From an uncultured Spirochaetota bacterium (lineage in GTDB: Bacteria > Spirochaetota > Spirochaetia > SZUA-6 > Fen-1364), in contig CAVUXE010000033.1 in the NCBI GenBank assembly GCA_963745235.1, positions 32,001 through 96,000 of the forward strand: DNA of 64,000 bases, in the 5' to 3' direction. The translations under genes were made by a program, and so were the position numbers. A model generated the notes under the pieces. That model searched no databases, was not told the DNA's origin, and saw only the letters and a program-made list of their open reading frames with translations. Positions within the stretch are counted from its first letter, which is position 1. Each line of letters begins with the position of its first letter. This document shows positions 51,807 to 62,274 of the stretch, piece by piece.

Positions 51807-52829
51807 GTGAAGTCCGACGCGGTGCGCAGTGTCGCGGCCTTTGCCCTGGCGCTCGTCATCGGCGCGCTCATCATTTCCGTGATGGGCGTGAGTCCCGTGC
51901 GGGCATATGTCGCCCTGGTGAACGGAGCGGCGGGCAATCTCAACAGCGTGGCCGAGACCCTGCTTCGCGCGGTGCCCCTGGGGCTGGCAGGAGTCGGAGT
52001 CTCCATCGCCTTTCGGGCCGGAGCTTTCAATGTCGGCGCCGAAGGTCAGCTCTACGTGGGAGCCATGGCGTCGGCCTGGACCGGTCTTGCATTCCCTTTC
52101 CTTCCGCCTGCGGTCCTGCTTGCCCTCATGGGCCTGTCGGCCGTTCTGGCGGGCGGAATCTGGGCGGGGATTGCCGGAGTCCTCAAGGCCTGGGTGAATG
52201 CCAGCGAGATGATCGTCACCATCATGTTGAACTACGTCGCGATCTTCCTCATCAACTACCTGGTGCACGGGCCTTTGAAAGACCCAGCCTCTCCGCTGGG
52301 CCAGACCGCACGGCTTGCGCGCGCGGCATACCTGCCCATCCTGGTCGGAGGCACAAGACTGCACGTGGGTCTGATTCTGACCGCTGTCCTGGCAGTGCTT
52401 TTCTTCTTCCTCCTTCGGCGGACCTCGTGGGGCTTTCACATCCGCGTGCTCGGCAGGAGCCCCGTGGTTGCGCACGCATCCGGCATTCACGTGAACAGGG
52501 TAACGGTCTCCGTGCTGGTGGTCAGCGGGGCGCTTGCCGGCCTTGCCGGATTCTGCGAGGCCGCCGGCGTGCAGCATCGCATGATAGAGAACATCTCGCC
52601 CGGGTACGGATATACGGCCATTGTCGTCGCTCTCCTCGGACAGACCGACCCGATTGGAGTGTTTGTCGCCGCCGTCCTTTTCGCCGCGCTGCAGATCGGG
52701 GCCAGCACCATGGAGTCCGCCGTCGGTGTGCCGAGCTCGGTGATAACCGTCATCCAATACCTGGTCGTCCTCCTTCTCATCGGGAGGGGCGCGATGGACC
52801 TGGTCCGCGCGCGGCTCCGGAGGGCCTGA
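51807..52829 (+). CDS. Nucleoside-type ABC permease
   Basis: FNVGAEGQ, TIMLNY, GYGYTAIVVALLG. Confidence 0.9.
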   Translation: MKSDAVRSVAAFALALVIGALIISVMGVSPVRAYVALVNGAAGNLNSVAETLLRAVPLGLAGVGVSIAFRAGAFNVGAEGQLYVGAMASAWTGLAFPFLPPAVLLALMGLSAVLAGGIWAGIAGVLKAWVNASEMIVTIMLNYVAIFLINYLVHGPLKDPASPLGQTARLARAAYLPILVGGTRLHVGLILTAVLAVLFFFLLRRTSWGFHIRVLGRSPVVAHASGIHVNRVTVSVLVVSGALAGLAGFCEAAGVQHRMIENISPGYGYTAIVVALLGQTDPIGVFVAAVLFAALQIGASTMESAVGVPSSVITVIQYLVVLLLIGRGAMDLVRARLRRA

Positions 52830-52830
52830 G

Positions 52831-53767
52831 ATGCTTGCTTCCCCGGTGCCTGCAGGGGTTCCTGTCAGCGAGCATGCGCCTGGCTGTTCCCATCCTGCTG
52901 GCGGCCCTTGGCGGGATCTACAACGAGAAGTCCGGCGTGTTGAACATCGGGATGGAAGGCATGATGATCGTCGGCAGCCTGGTGGGTTTCGTTACCGGCT
53001 TTTTCCTGCACAGCCTGTGGCTGGGCGTGCTGGCGGCGGTCACGAGCGGAATCCTCCTGGGGATGCTGCTGGGTTTTTTCGTCATCACGCTGGACGCGAA
53101 CCAGGTGGTGGCCGGAATTGCTCTCAACCTGCTGTGCGTGGGGGTGACCAGCCTGCTGTTCCGCGTGATCTTCGGCGTCGGCAGGGCCCCGCGGGTGAAC
53201 AGCTTCGAAGCGCTGCCCGTCCCCGGCCTGGGCGACATCCCCATCCTGGGCCCGCTTCTTTTTCGACAGTCACCGCTGGTATACATCACCTATGCCCTCG
53301 TGGCGCTCACCTTCATCATCATCTATCGAACGAGCTGGGGATTGAGCATCATCTCCACGGGAGAGAATCCCGAGGCTGCCGAGACACTCGGGGTGAACGT
53401 CTCTCGGACGCGCTACGCGGCCATGATGGTGAGCGGCGCACTGTGCGCGCTGGGCGGCGCCTTCCTCTCGGTGGATTCAACCGGCCTGTTCATCGACAAC
53501 ATGACCGCCGGGAGAGGGTACATCGCCCTGGCCCTGCTGATCCTGGGGCGCAGGCATCCATTCGGCCTGCTGGCGGCGGCCCTGATGTTCGGCGCCGCTG
53601 ATGCGCTGCAGCTTCGGACGCAGATCCTGAACATCGGCATACCCTTTCAATTCATGCTCATGCTGCCCTATCTCCTGACGGTCGTCGTCCTGGTGGTTTT
53701 TGTGCGCCGGATCGACAATCCTGCTGCCTTGGGCGTGCACTACAAGCACGGGGGGGACACGGAATGA
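52831..53767 (+). CDS. Nucleoside-type ABC permease (frameshift near the 5' end)
   Basis: EKSGVLNIGMEG, GENPEAA, GRGYIALA, PAALG. Confidence 0.9.
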
Positions 53768-54492
53768 CGGATGCCGCTGGTTCTGCCTGGCCTGATCTCC
53801 AGTCCGCATGGGAGAACGGAAAGATCGCTGTTGTCGCCTTCGGCGCGCAGGAAGAGCATGGGCCGCATTGCCCGCTGGCAACCGACACGCTGATTGCCAA
53901 CGGTCTTGCAGCCCGGCTGGCCGCGGAGCTGGACGCGGTGCTGCTGCCCGCCATCCCGTACGGGGAGACGTGGAGCACCTCCGGCTATCCTGGTACGGTG
54001 TCCCTTTCTCCGCAGACCGTCCGGCAGATCGCGCTGGAGATTGGAGTCAGCCTCAAGGGGCAGGGAGCGAGGGCCCTTGTGATCGTCAACGGGCATTTTG
54101 GAAACCGCGGCCCCATCGCGCTTGCCTGCAGAGAGCTGAGGCAGAGCCATTCTTTCCCGGCGCTGCTGGTGGATTACCCCGGCCTGGAAGAGCTGGCAAG
54201 AGAAATCAGCTCGAGCATACCGGCGGCCCCCCTGTTCTATCATGCGGAGGAGGTGGAGACTTCCCTGGTGCTCGCCCTGGCTCCGCAGCTGGTCCAGATG
54301 GAGAAAGCGGTGGCTGAATATCCGGTTTTTCCGCCGACCTTCAACGCCGAGCCGGTCCTCCTCAACACGTTCTGCAAGAGCGGCGTCTTTGGAGACCCGC
54401 GCGCTGCTGACGCGGAGAAGGGGAAGAAGCTCCTGGAGGGATTGACCGTGCGGAGCGTTGAGCTTGTCCGCGAGTTTCTGAAACACCCGTAG
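53764..54492 (+). CDS. Creatininase family amidohydrolase
   Basis: GAQEEHGPHCPLATD, NGHFGN, HAEEVETS, GVFGDP. Confidence 0.92.
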   Translation: MTDAAGSAWPDLQSAWENGKIAVVAFGAQEEHGPHCPLATDTLIANGLAARLAAELDAVLLPAIPYGETWSTSGYPGTVSLSPQTVRQIALEIGVSLKGQGARALVIVNGHFGNRGPIALACRELRQSHSFPALLVDYPGLEELAREISSSIPAAPLFYHAEEVETSLVLALAPQLVQMEKAVAEYPVFPPTFNAEPVLLNTFCKSGVFGDPRAADAEKGKKLLEGLTVRSVELVREFLKHP

Positions 54493-54524
54493 CGTCCCCG
54501 AATACCCAGGAAGGTGGTCTTGCA

Positions 54525-55883
54525 ATGGTAGACGGAAAGCAGCTGGACCAGGCGATCGAGCGCAACAAGGAAGCTGCGCTTCAGGAGCTCAGTGCGTTCT
54601 GCGCGCAGCCGAGCATCTCCGCGCAGGGCGTGGGCATGCGCGAAATGGCGGCGCTCGTGCGGCAATCGCTGGAGCGGCGCGGGTTTGAGACGCGCCTGGT
54701 GGAGACCAGGCGCCACCCGGCGATCCTGGCGGAGCGCAGCGGCCGCGGGATCGCCTCGGTGCTTTTCTACAATCACTACGACGTCCAGCCCCCCGACCCT
54801 CTCGAGCAGTGGATCAGCCCCGCGTTCAAGCCGACCGTGCGGGACGGCAAGCTCTTCGCGAGGGGAGCCATGGACGACAAGGGGCACCTGGCCTGCCGCC
54901 TGGCCGCGCTGGATGCCGTGCGGGACGTCTACGGGGAGCTGCCCTGTACGGTGAAGCTTCTGATCGAAGGGGAGGAGGAGATTGCCAGCCCGAACCTCGA
55001 GGAGGTCATTCGGCAAAACAGGGATGACCTGATGGCGGATCTGTGCCTGTGGGAGTTCGGAGAAGTCGATGCGGACGGGGCCTCCCTGCAATACCTGGGG
55101 TTTCGGGGAATCCTTTCTGTGGAGCTTTCCGTGCAGACCCTCTCTCAGGACTGCCACTCCGGCATCTGGGGGACACTGCTTCCGAATGCTGCGTGGAGGC
55201 TGAGCTGGGCCCTCTCCAGCCTGAAGAGCCCTGATGAGAGGGTGGCCATCCCGGGCTTCTATGACCGGGTGGTGCCTCCCTCGGAGCTCGACATGCAGCT
55301 GATGAACCAGCTGCCCGTCATCTCCGATGCCCAGCTGTCCGCTCTCGGGGCCAAAGAGGTCATCTTCCAGTACTCCACGCCCGGTGAGTTCCACAGGAAC
55401 GCCGTGCTTTCCCCCAGCTGCACCATCTGCGGTCTGGCGTCCGGCTATCAGGGAGAGGGGCAGAAGACCATCGTTCCTTCCCGGGCTTCCGCGAAGCTGG
55501 ATTTCCGCCTGGTTCCAGATCAGACCCCGGAGGAGATCCTGGACAAGCTGAGGAAGCACCTCGATTCGCGCGGGTTCAAGGACATCCAGGCAACATCCAT
55601 CGGCACGCTCTATCCCTCAAGGACCCCGGTGGACCATCCCCTTGTCCGGATGGTGACCGAGTGCGCCAGGGACGTCTACGGCCAGCCCCAGCGCATCTAC
55701 CCGATGAGCGGCGGGTCGGGACCCGCCCACTTCTTCCGCAAGCACCTCGGCCTCCCCGTGGTGACCGCGGGGGTCGGCTACCTCGGCTCCAACATCCATG
55801 CCCCCAACGAACATATCCGTCTCCGGGACTTCTCCAACGGGATCCGCCACACGGCCCGTATTCTGGCCAACCTCGGGCAATGA
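54525..55883 (+). CDS. M20/M25/M40 metallo-hydrolase (dipeptidase/deacylase)
   Basis: YNHYDVQP, ARGAMDDKG, EGEEE, HSG, HAPNE. Confidence 0.92.
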   Translation: MVDGKQLDQAIERNKEAALQELSAFCAQPSISAQGVGMREMAALVRQSLERRGFETRLVETRRHPAILAERSGRGIASVLFYNHYDVQPPDPLEQWISPAFKPTVRDGKLFARGAMDDKGHLACRLAALDAVRDVYGELPCTVKLLIEGEEEIASPNLEEVIRQNRDDLMADLCLWEFGEVDADGASLQYLGFRGILSVELSVQTLSQDCHSGIWGTLLPNAAWRLSWALSSLKSPDERVAIPGFYDRVVPPSELDMQLMNQLPVISDAQLSALGAKEVIFQYSTPGEFHRNAVLSPSCTICGLASGYQGEGQKTIVPSRASAKLDFRLVPDQTPEEILDKLRKHLDSRGFKDIQATSIGTLYPSRTPVDHPLVRMVTECARDVYGQPQRIYPMSGGSGPAHFFRKHLGLPVVTAGVGYLGSNIHAPNEHIRLRDFSNGIRHTARILANLGQ

Positions 55884-55905
55884 ACGGACGCCGCGGACTT
55901 TTCCG

Positions 55906-56223
55906 CTATGTCTTCCGGAATTGCATCGAAACTTCCCTCGGAAGCGCAAGTCCGGCCGCTGCTTCGATGGCCTTGAGAAAGCCGGAGTACAACGGGCAGG
56001 TGACGTGGGGGAGATGCTTCGACAGGGCGGCGTACACAGCGGTCTCGTGCGGTTTGCGGAAAAGCTCGGCGTAGGCATCCACGCTCGTGAGCGCACCGTA
56101 AGCTTTCGCCGCATTCGGGCAGGTCGTTTCAAAGTTGATGGTCACGGTCTGCTGGTCCTCCGAGGAGGTCCGGATGGTCGTCAGGAAACCGCAGACTCCT
56201 GCAGCAACGGTCAGTTCGTGCAT
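55906..56223 (-). CDS. Small Cys-containing conserved protein (DUF6951-like)
   Basis: GVCGF, TTCP, HVTCP, KAIEAAAGLALP. Confidence 0.7.
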   Translation of the reverse strand: MHELTVAAGVCGFLTTIRTSSEDQQTVTINFETTCPNAAKAYGALTSVDAYAELFRKPHETAVYAALSKHLPHVTCPLYSGFLKAIEAAAGLALPREVSMQFRKT

Positions 56224-56369
56224 GGGGCGAAGCATAGCAGAAAAGCATCGATTTTGTGTGCCAGGGGCTTCCGATAGAGGCGCATTCGATGGATCCCGGT
56301 GAGGCTTGAGGACGGCACGCTTCCCGACTACACTTGGAGAAGGAGATGCTGCGGCGTCAGGAGGCCGGG

Positions 56370-56822
56370 ATGAGTAGACTGCCCTCTTTAGTCACGATGT
56401 TTGCGCTGGCCTGCCTCGTTGCGACTGGCTGCAAGACCACCGGCACGCCCACCGCGTCGCAACAGGGAGACCAGTCCGCGGCGCAGCCGTCAAGCAAGGG
56501 GCAGCAGGCGGTCCAATCCCAGGCCCAGCCCATGGCGCAGTCTCAGACGCAGCCGACTGCCCGGTCCCCGGCCCGACCCGTGGTCCGTCTCGAGGCGCCG
56601 GCATTCGCCAAGCGCGCCGCCAGGCGCATCAGCGAAGCCCCCTTTGTAAACAACGCTCTTTCTGCGCTGCATCGGATCGATCTCGGAAAGATGAAGGTCA
56701 GACTTTTTGGCGCGAACCTGCCTGCATCGGATCTTGTCGCGCCGATTGTGGCGGCCGCCCTCCTTCTGGGCGGTGGATACTGGGTTTTTGCCTCGCGGAA
56801 ACTGGCCCGGCAGGGCAGGTAG
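56370..56822 (+). CDS. Hypothetical lipoprotein with a Gln-rich linker and C-terminal TM anchor
   Basis: Lipobox-like ATGC, Q/S/A-rich repeats, terminal TM followed by basic residues. Confidence 0.6.
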   Translation: MSRLPSLVTMFALACLVATGCKTTGTPTASQQGDQSAAQPSSKGQQAVQSQAQPMAQSQTQPTARSPARPVVRLEAPAFAKRAARRISEAPFVNNALSALHRIDLGKMKVRLFGANLPASDLVAPIVAAALLLGGGYWVFASRKLARQGR

Positions 56823-56844
56823 CGCAGGCGGCCCCGGGGCCTGC

Positions 56845-57758
56845 TCAGCTCGCCTTCTTCTTCCGCGCCGTGGTGACCGCAGCGGCGGTCTTCGCCGGCT
56901 TCGCGCTCGGCGCCTGCTTCAGCCCTGCCTTCACCTTCTTCTTTTCCCCGTTCTCTACCGGAGTGCCGCCGCCTGCCGCCTGCGCCTCGGCGACGCTTCG
57001 CTTCAGGGCCTCCATCAGGTTGATGATCTTGGGCTCCTCGGGGTCACGCACTTGCACGACTTCCTTGCCTTCGATCTTCAGCTGGATGAGCTTCGTGAGC
57101 TTCTCCTTGTACACGTCCTTGTAGTGGCCGTAGTCGAAGCTCTTGATCATCGACGCCTTGATGAGCGTGTCAGTGAGGGACATTTCCGCCTCGGAGAGCT
57201 GGGTCTCAGCGATCTCATCCTTGAACGCGGAGGCCGACTTCACCTCGTCCTTTCGGGTGAGCACGGTCATGGCCAGCACGCCGTCGATGGGCCGAACCAG
57301 CACTACCTGTTCCTTCTGCGAGATGACGACCTCCGCGACGGCGCAGACCTTGTTCGCCTCCATGCTCTTCATGAGCAGGCTGTAGGGCTTCTGGCCCACG
57401 GGCCCATCAGGGGTCAGGTAGTAGGTGCGGCCCGCCATGTAGATGCTGGAGAGCTGGTCCGGCTTGATGAACCCGTCGATGCGCACGGACTTGTCGCTCT
57501 CCGTGCGCAGCTTATCGAGCTCCTCCTCATCCACGATGACATACTGACCCTTGGCGTACTCATAGCCCTTGACGATTTCATCCTGGAGACCTCCCCCACC
57601 TCGGGGGCAAACTTCTTGTACTGGATGCGCGTGTGCGTCTTGGCATGAAGCTGATGAAGCGTGATATCGCTGCCGGTCGCGGTGGCCGTGTAGGCCTTTA
57701 CCGGAACAGAGACCAGGCTGAGCTTGAGAAAGCCCTTCCACGATGCGTGGGCTGCCAT
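56845..57758 (-). CDS. ku: NHEJ Ku protein (frameshift near 57590)
   Basis: SWKGFLKLSLVSVPVKAY, EIVKGYE, YYLTPD, YKDVY, INLMEALKRS, Lys/Ala-rich tail. Confidence 0.95.
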
Positions 57759-57928
57759 GCTACCCCCTATCCCCCCCCGTTGAAAGAAGCTACAAAGCCC
57801 TCCTCCGGGAGTCAACCCGTATCAGTGTCGGCGGGAAGAGCCTTGAGCTGCAATGGTCGCGGCTTTCCTGTCCACAGTCGACGGCGGCCGCCAGTCGACA
57901 CGAGGGGCTTTGTCCGCTACACTATGCC

Positions 57929-59107
57929 ATGAGGAGCAGGCTTTCCCCGAGCATCTTCTTCCACGTAATGACAAGGGCCCCGGACCTTCTTCCGAAGGTA
58001 ACGAGGTTCCTGCTCAGAAAAAAACTCGGCGCTGACAGGGACGTGCGGCGCGGGGACGGTATATCCTCCAAGCCTCCCTACATGGTGAGCTTGAGAATAA
58101 CCAATGCCTGCAACCACAGGTGTCCCGTCTGTGGGCAATACGGGGCGTACGGGTACATGGGGGAATCCGAAAGGCGGAAGGCGCTCCTGAAGACACTCCC
58201 CGTGGAAGTCTACAGGAAGATGGTCGACGACTTGTCGTTCTACCGCCCTTTCTACTACGCGACCGGCGGTGAGCCTTTTCTCTATCCGGGGATCGTGGAG
58301 CTGCTCAACTACGCGAAGGCAAAGGGGAGCAGCGTGTTCATCGTCACCAACGGCGTCAAGCTGCAGGAGCATGCGGAAGAGATCGTGAGGAACGAATGGG
58401 ACCTCCTGGTGGTTTCCCTGGACGGACCGGAGGAAGTTCACGACGAGTGCAGGCGCACGAAAGGCGCATACAGGACGCTCATGGAGGGGATCACCGCGGT
58501 GCGCGAGTGGCGTTCCCGGCTGGGAAAAGCGCGCCCGTTCATCGTGACCTCAACGACTCTGTCACGGAAAAACGCAGAATGCCTGGAGGAGACATACGAG
58601 ATGGGTCGGACTCTGAACCCGGACATCATGGCTGTTTTCCTGTCCTGGTTCACCAGCGAGCAGCTGGGGGAAGCCCAGCAGAAGCTCCTTCGCGACGCGC
58701 TGGGAGTGGAAGCATTCACCTGGAAGGCCTATGCCCGGGAGTTCTCCGTGGAAGACGCGAACCTGTTCATGAACGCGATGGCCCGGGCGGACAGCAGGAA
58801 GTGGCCTTTCGAGCGCCTCGTGATACCGAGCCTGAGAGGGACCGACGTCCGGGACTACTACCTGGAGCCGGCGAAGATGTTCGGATTCAGCAAGTGCGTC
58901 ACTCCTTTCCTCGAAGTCAACGTCATGCCGAACGGCGACGTTGTGACCTGCCGTGATTATATCGATGTCAAGGTTGGCAATATTTCCGAAGAGGGGCTCC
59001 TCGATATCTGGAATAACGAGGGCTTCAGAAAGTTTCGACGTCTCCTCATCGAAAAAGGCGGGCTCCTGCCCCAGTGCACCAGATGCTGCGGACTCATGGG
59101 ATTCTAG
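57929..59107 (+). CDS. Radical SAM protein with SPASM/Twitch domain
   Basis: CNHRCPVC, TGGEP, TNG, SLDG; C-terminal C...PNGDVVTC...GNI...CTRC. Confidence 0.92.
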   Translation: MRSRLSPSIFFHVMTRAPDLLPKVTRFLLRKKLGADRDVRRGDGISSKPPYMVSLRITNACNHRCPVCGQYGAYGYMGESERRKALLKTLPVEVYRKMVDDLSFYRPFYYATGGEPFLYPGIVELLNYAKAKGSSVFIVTNGVKLQEHAEEIVRNEWDLLVVSLDGPEEVHDECRRTKGAYRTLMEGITAVREWRSRLGKARPFIVTSTTLSRKNAECLEETYEMGRTLNPDIMAVFLSWFTSEQLGEAQQKLLRDALGVEAFTWKAYAREFSVEDANLFMNAMARADSRKWPFERLVIPSLRGTDVRDYYLEPAKMFGFSKCVTPFLEVNVMPNGDVVTCRDYIDVKVGNISEEGLLDIWNNEGFRKFRRLLIEKGGLLPQCTRCCGLMGF

Positions 59108-59949
59108 TCTTTCTCCTCCTTGGCGTGTGCGCCGCGTCGCCTCTGTCCTCACTGACGGTCCACGTCAACGATATCGACATTGCCTGGCAGGACCTCGGCT
59201 CGGGAGATCCGATCGTGATGATCATGGGATACGGCGGATCGATGGATCTCTGGAGCCCGCGGCTCCTGAAGCTCTTGTCCGCCTCCCACAGGGTCATTGT
59301 TTTCGACAACCGCGGAATGGGGCATTCGACCTCGACGGATGAGGAGTACTCCATCCCCCTGTTCGCGCGCGACACGCTGGGCCTGATGGATGCCCTCAGC
59401 ATCGACAAGGCAACGATACTGGCGTGGTCACTGGGGACGGAGATTGCCCTTGAGCTGGCGATAACGAACCCGACGCGGGTCGCCAACCTGGTCCTGATAT
59501 CCGGCACTCCCGGCGGCAGGGAGAAAATAGATCCCGACCCCCAGATCATGCGAACATTTGCGGACGACTCGGGATCAGCGATGGACCGGGGATTGCGCCT
59601 GATCGGATTGCTGTTTCCGCTGGACTGGCTGATCTTTCATCCCTTCATTTCAGGTTATTTCCCGACGGACGCGAAGATGAATCCGCCGGAGCGGACCAGG
59701 CGGCAGCTCGCCGCCATGAGGGATTGGGAGGGATGCTATGATCGCCTGGGGGAGATCACTTCACCTGCTCTTGTCATGGTGGGGGAGTCCGACGCGCTGG
59801 TTCCGCCGGCAAACTCTCTCCTGCTCGCAAACGCCATCCCGTCCTCCCGTCTCGTCCGGCTTCCCGGCGGGGGCCACGGGGTCATCTTCCAGTATCCTGA
59901 CCGGATATCGGAGGAAATCACCGCCTTTCTCAAAGACCCCGGATACTGA
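59074..59949 (+). CDS. Alpha/beta hydrolase, probably exported
   Basis: Hydrophobic N-terminus; FDNRGMG, WSLG, GESD, GHG. Confidence 0.88.
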   Translation: MHQMLRTHGILVFLLLGVCAASPLSSLTVHVNDIDIAWQDLGSGDPIVMIMGYGGSMDLWSPRLLKLLSASHRVIVFDNRGMGHSTSTDEEYSIPLFARDTLGLMDALSIDKATILAWSLGTEIALELAITNPTRVANLVLISGTPGGREKIDPDPQIMRTFADDSGSAMDRGLRLIGLLFPLDWLIFHPFISGYFPTDAKMNPPERTRRQLAAMRDWEGCYDRLGEITSPALVMVGESDALVPPANSLLLANAIPSSRLVRLPGGGHGVIFQYPDRISEEITAFLKDPGY

Positions 59950-59964
59950 CCAGCGCCCGGATGC

Positions 59965-62226
59965 TCAGAAGGCGTGACCGCTTCGAATGATCACGGTAAA
60001 GCCCTCGGGGGAGAGTGGCTCACCGTCGAACCCCACGTCGAGGGAGATGATTGAGCGCTCGGAAAATGCGAAGCGCAGTCCCGCGCCTCCGCTCAGGTGA
60101 AAGGCGTCGAACCTGAGCTGCCCGTAGTCTCCGCACACCTGGCCGGCGTCCAGGAACAGGTCCCCTCCGATGATGGACCAGACGGGGAAGCGGTACTCGA
60201 GCTGGCCGAAGAACCCGAAGTTTCCGATGAATCGATCCGGCTGGAAGCCTCTGCCGATCGACAAACCGCCGAAAGACGGCATGGCGTAAAAAGGCGCGTC
60301 CCCAAAGGTGTTCTTCAGCAGGAGCCTCGCCGCCAGGACGTGGTGATGGAAGATGCTGAGGAAATACCTGAAATCCGCATCCAGGGAGCAGTACCGGAAC
60401 TCGCTTCCGAGGTACGCGCTCGAAATGCCCGCTGCGATTGCCTCGTAATCCCCGTACCACGGCTCTGTTGGCAAGTCCCGTGTGTCGTGCGCGACCTCCG
60501 CGCGCAGGAGCGTCATGAGGCCGCCCCCGTCTCCAGTTACGTTGGACACACCGTCGACGACGGAGTACTCCACGAGGGGAGAAAGAGTTGCCGTGACCGT
60601 GGGCAGCACGGTTGTGCTGGCAGCCATCGAGGCTTCGAACGATTTCCACGAGTACAGTCGGGCGTCCTGGAGAACAGTCGCATTTCCCATGCCGAAGTAT
60701 CGCTTCGGGAATCCGTCGTAGCTCAGGCCGAAATCCAGCGACGTTGCCGGGATGGGGCTGGGGGAGGACGCTGTGAGCTGGGCGGCAAAGCAGTTGCTGA
60801 AGCTGTACATCGCGGTCACGCCGATGGCCGCCCCGGTTCCGAACAGGTTGAAATCCAGAAAGCTCGCTCCCGCTGAAAAACCAGAAACAGTGTCGTAGAA
60901 CCCAAACGGGAAGATCATGATCGGCTGCCTGCTCAAGCCCTTCCGACTCTCCTCCGGGATCTCTCCATCCACAACGACGTCCTTGCCCTGGAGAACGACG
61001 CGTCGGACGCGCTTCGCGTCGAGCGGGCCTTCTTTGAGGTCTCCCGAAAAGAAGAGAAAGTCCGCCACGCGCCCCGGGGCGATGCTCCCGACCTCTCCCT
61101 CTTTGCGGATCTTCCTGGCGCCGTTTGCAGTAGCCGCCTCCAGCACCTCCGCGCGTGAAAGTCCTGCCTCTTCCAGGAGAGCCAGCTCGCGGTAGAATCC
61201 CTCCCCCGCGGTCTCGAGCTTCGATGAAGGGAAGTCGGTCCCCGCCGCGATGATGACCCCGTTCTGGTGCGCCTTCGCGACGGTCAGCATCATCCGGGGC
61301 ATGACCGCGGTGGCATAGATCTCGTAGATCGACAGGGTAGGGGTGAAGACAACGCCGCGCGCTGCGGCTTCACGGAATGCCGCCTCCGAGCCGCTGTACG
61401 GGAAGCAGTGCACCATGCCGTCCACGTCGGCGCAGATCATGTCGGAAAAATCTTCTTCAAGCGCCCCCAGGTCGGCGATGACCGGAAGACCTCGGGAATG
61501 AGCTTCCGAGGTGATCCGCGCGGCCAGCCCGGGGTCCAGGCGCGGCACCTTCTTTCCGTAATACGTCCCGTCGTCATACACGAGCTTGATGAAGGACACC
61601 CCCTGGCCGGAAAGCTGGGCCACCTTCATGAGCGCAGGACCCTGCTCGTCAACCTGGAAAGTGGCATTGTCGATCAGCTCGTGCTGGCCGCGGTAGATCG
61701 TACCGGCCGGGTGGCCGCCAGGCGCGGTGAACAGCGGGCCGCAATAATACAGCCGAGGCCCGAGCAGCTTCCCGCTTCGAAGTCCGGCCGCCAGCCCCTG
61801 CATGCCCGCGATGGTCGAGCCCATGTCCACCACGGAGGTGATGCCGTTTTTGAGGAGCTGTTCACGGTTTGCCGGCGCCTGGGACACGGACTCTTCGGCG
61901 AGCCGGCCCCACCCGCGCTGCGCGGTCTGCTCCAGGACTTCAAGGGGCGCGCCGAGCACGTGCACGTGGGAATCCATGAAGCCGGGGGTGACTGTCATCC
62001 CGTGCGCATCGATGATGCGGGCCCCCGCGACGGGAACGTAGCCAGCGCTCGGCACGACGTCACGAATGAAGCCGCCTTCAATGACGATGGCGACATCCGT
62101 GACGAACTGGTGCCCGGTGAAGGCTTCGTGGGCCAGGATGACGGTCTGTTGTGGCTGGCATGGGCCCGCCGTTGCGGCGCCGAGAAGCAGGCACAGCGCC
62201 GCCGCTGTGAGCAGCAATCGGTTCAT
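59965..62226 (-). CDS. Amidohydrolase fused to an Omp85/BamA-type outer-membrane beta-barrel
   Basis: Signal peptide; PGFMDSHVH, IKL, AGTD, AATANGA, G.IAPGRVAD; then DTRD...PWYG, DFRYF, GRGFQPDRFIG, EYRFP, GAGLRF and a terminal Phe. Confidence 0.85.
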   Translation of the reverse strand: MNRLLLTAAALCLLLGAATAGPCQPQQTVILAHEAFTGHQFVTDVAIVIEGGFIRDVVPSAGYVPVAGARIIDAHGMTVTPGFMDSHVHVLGAPLEVLEQTAQRGWGRLAEESVSQAPANREQLLKNGITSVVDMGSTIAGMQGLAAGLRSGKLLGPRLYYCGPLFTAPGGHPAGTIYRGQHELIDNATFQVDEQGPALMKVAQLSGQGVSFIKLVYDDGTYYGKKVPRLDPGLAARITSEAHSRGLPVIADLGALEEDFSDMICADVDGMVHCFPYSGSEAAFREAAARGVVFTPTLSIYEIYATAVMPRMMLTVAKAHQNGVIIAAGTDFPSSKLETAGEGFYRELALLEEAGLSRAEVLEAATANGARKIRKEGEVGSIAPGRVADFLFFSGDLKEGPLDAKRVRRVVLQGKDVVVDGEIPEESRKGLSRQPIMIFPFGFYDTVSGFSAGASFLDFNLFGTGAAIGVTAMYSFSNCFAAQLTASSPSPIPATSLDFGLSYDGFPKRYFGMGNATVLQDARLYSWKSFEASMAASTTVLPTVTATLSPLVEYSVVDGVSNVTGDGGGLMTLLRAEVAHDTRDLPTEPWYGDYEAIAAGISSAYLGSEFRYCSLDADFRYFLSIFHHHVLAARLLLKNTFGDAPFYAMPSFGGLSIGRGFQPDRFIGNFGFFGQLEYRFPVWSIIGGDLFLDAGQVCGDYGQLRFDAFHLSGGAGLRFAFSERSIISLDVGFDGEPLSPEGFTVIIRSGHAF

Positions 62227-62274
62227 GTCTCTTCCTCGAGCTATCTCAACACCGCTCGAGGACGTTCCTGCTCC

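Noticed and set aside
56460-56580. Short quasi-repeats
   Set aside because: They encode a Gln-rich low-complexity linker; there is no repeat-spacer structure, so this is not CRISPR
57929-59107. RiPP cluster around the radical SAM/SPASM enzyme
   Set aside because: No precursor peptide, RRE/PqqD domain or exporter nearby
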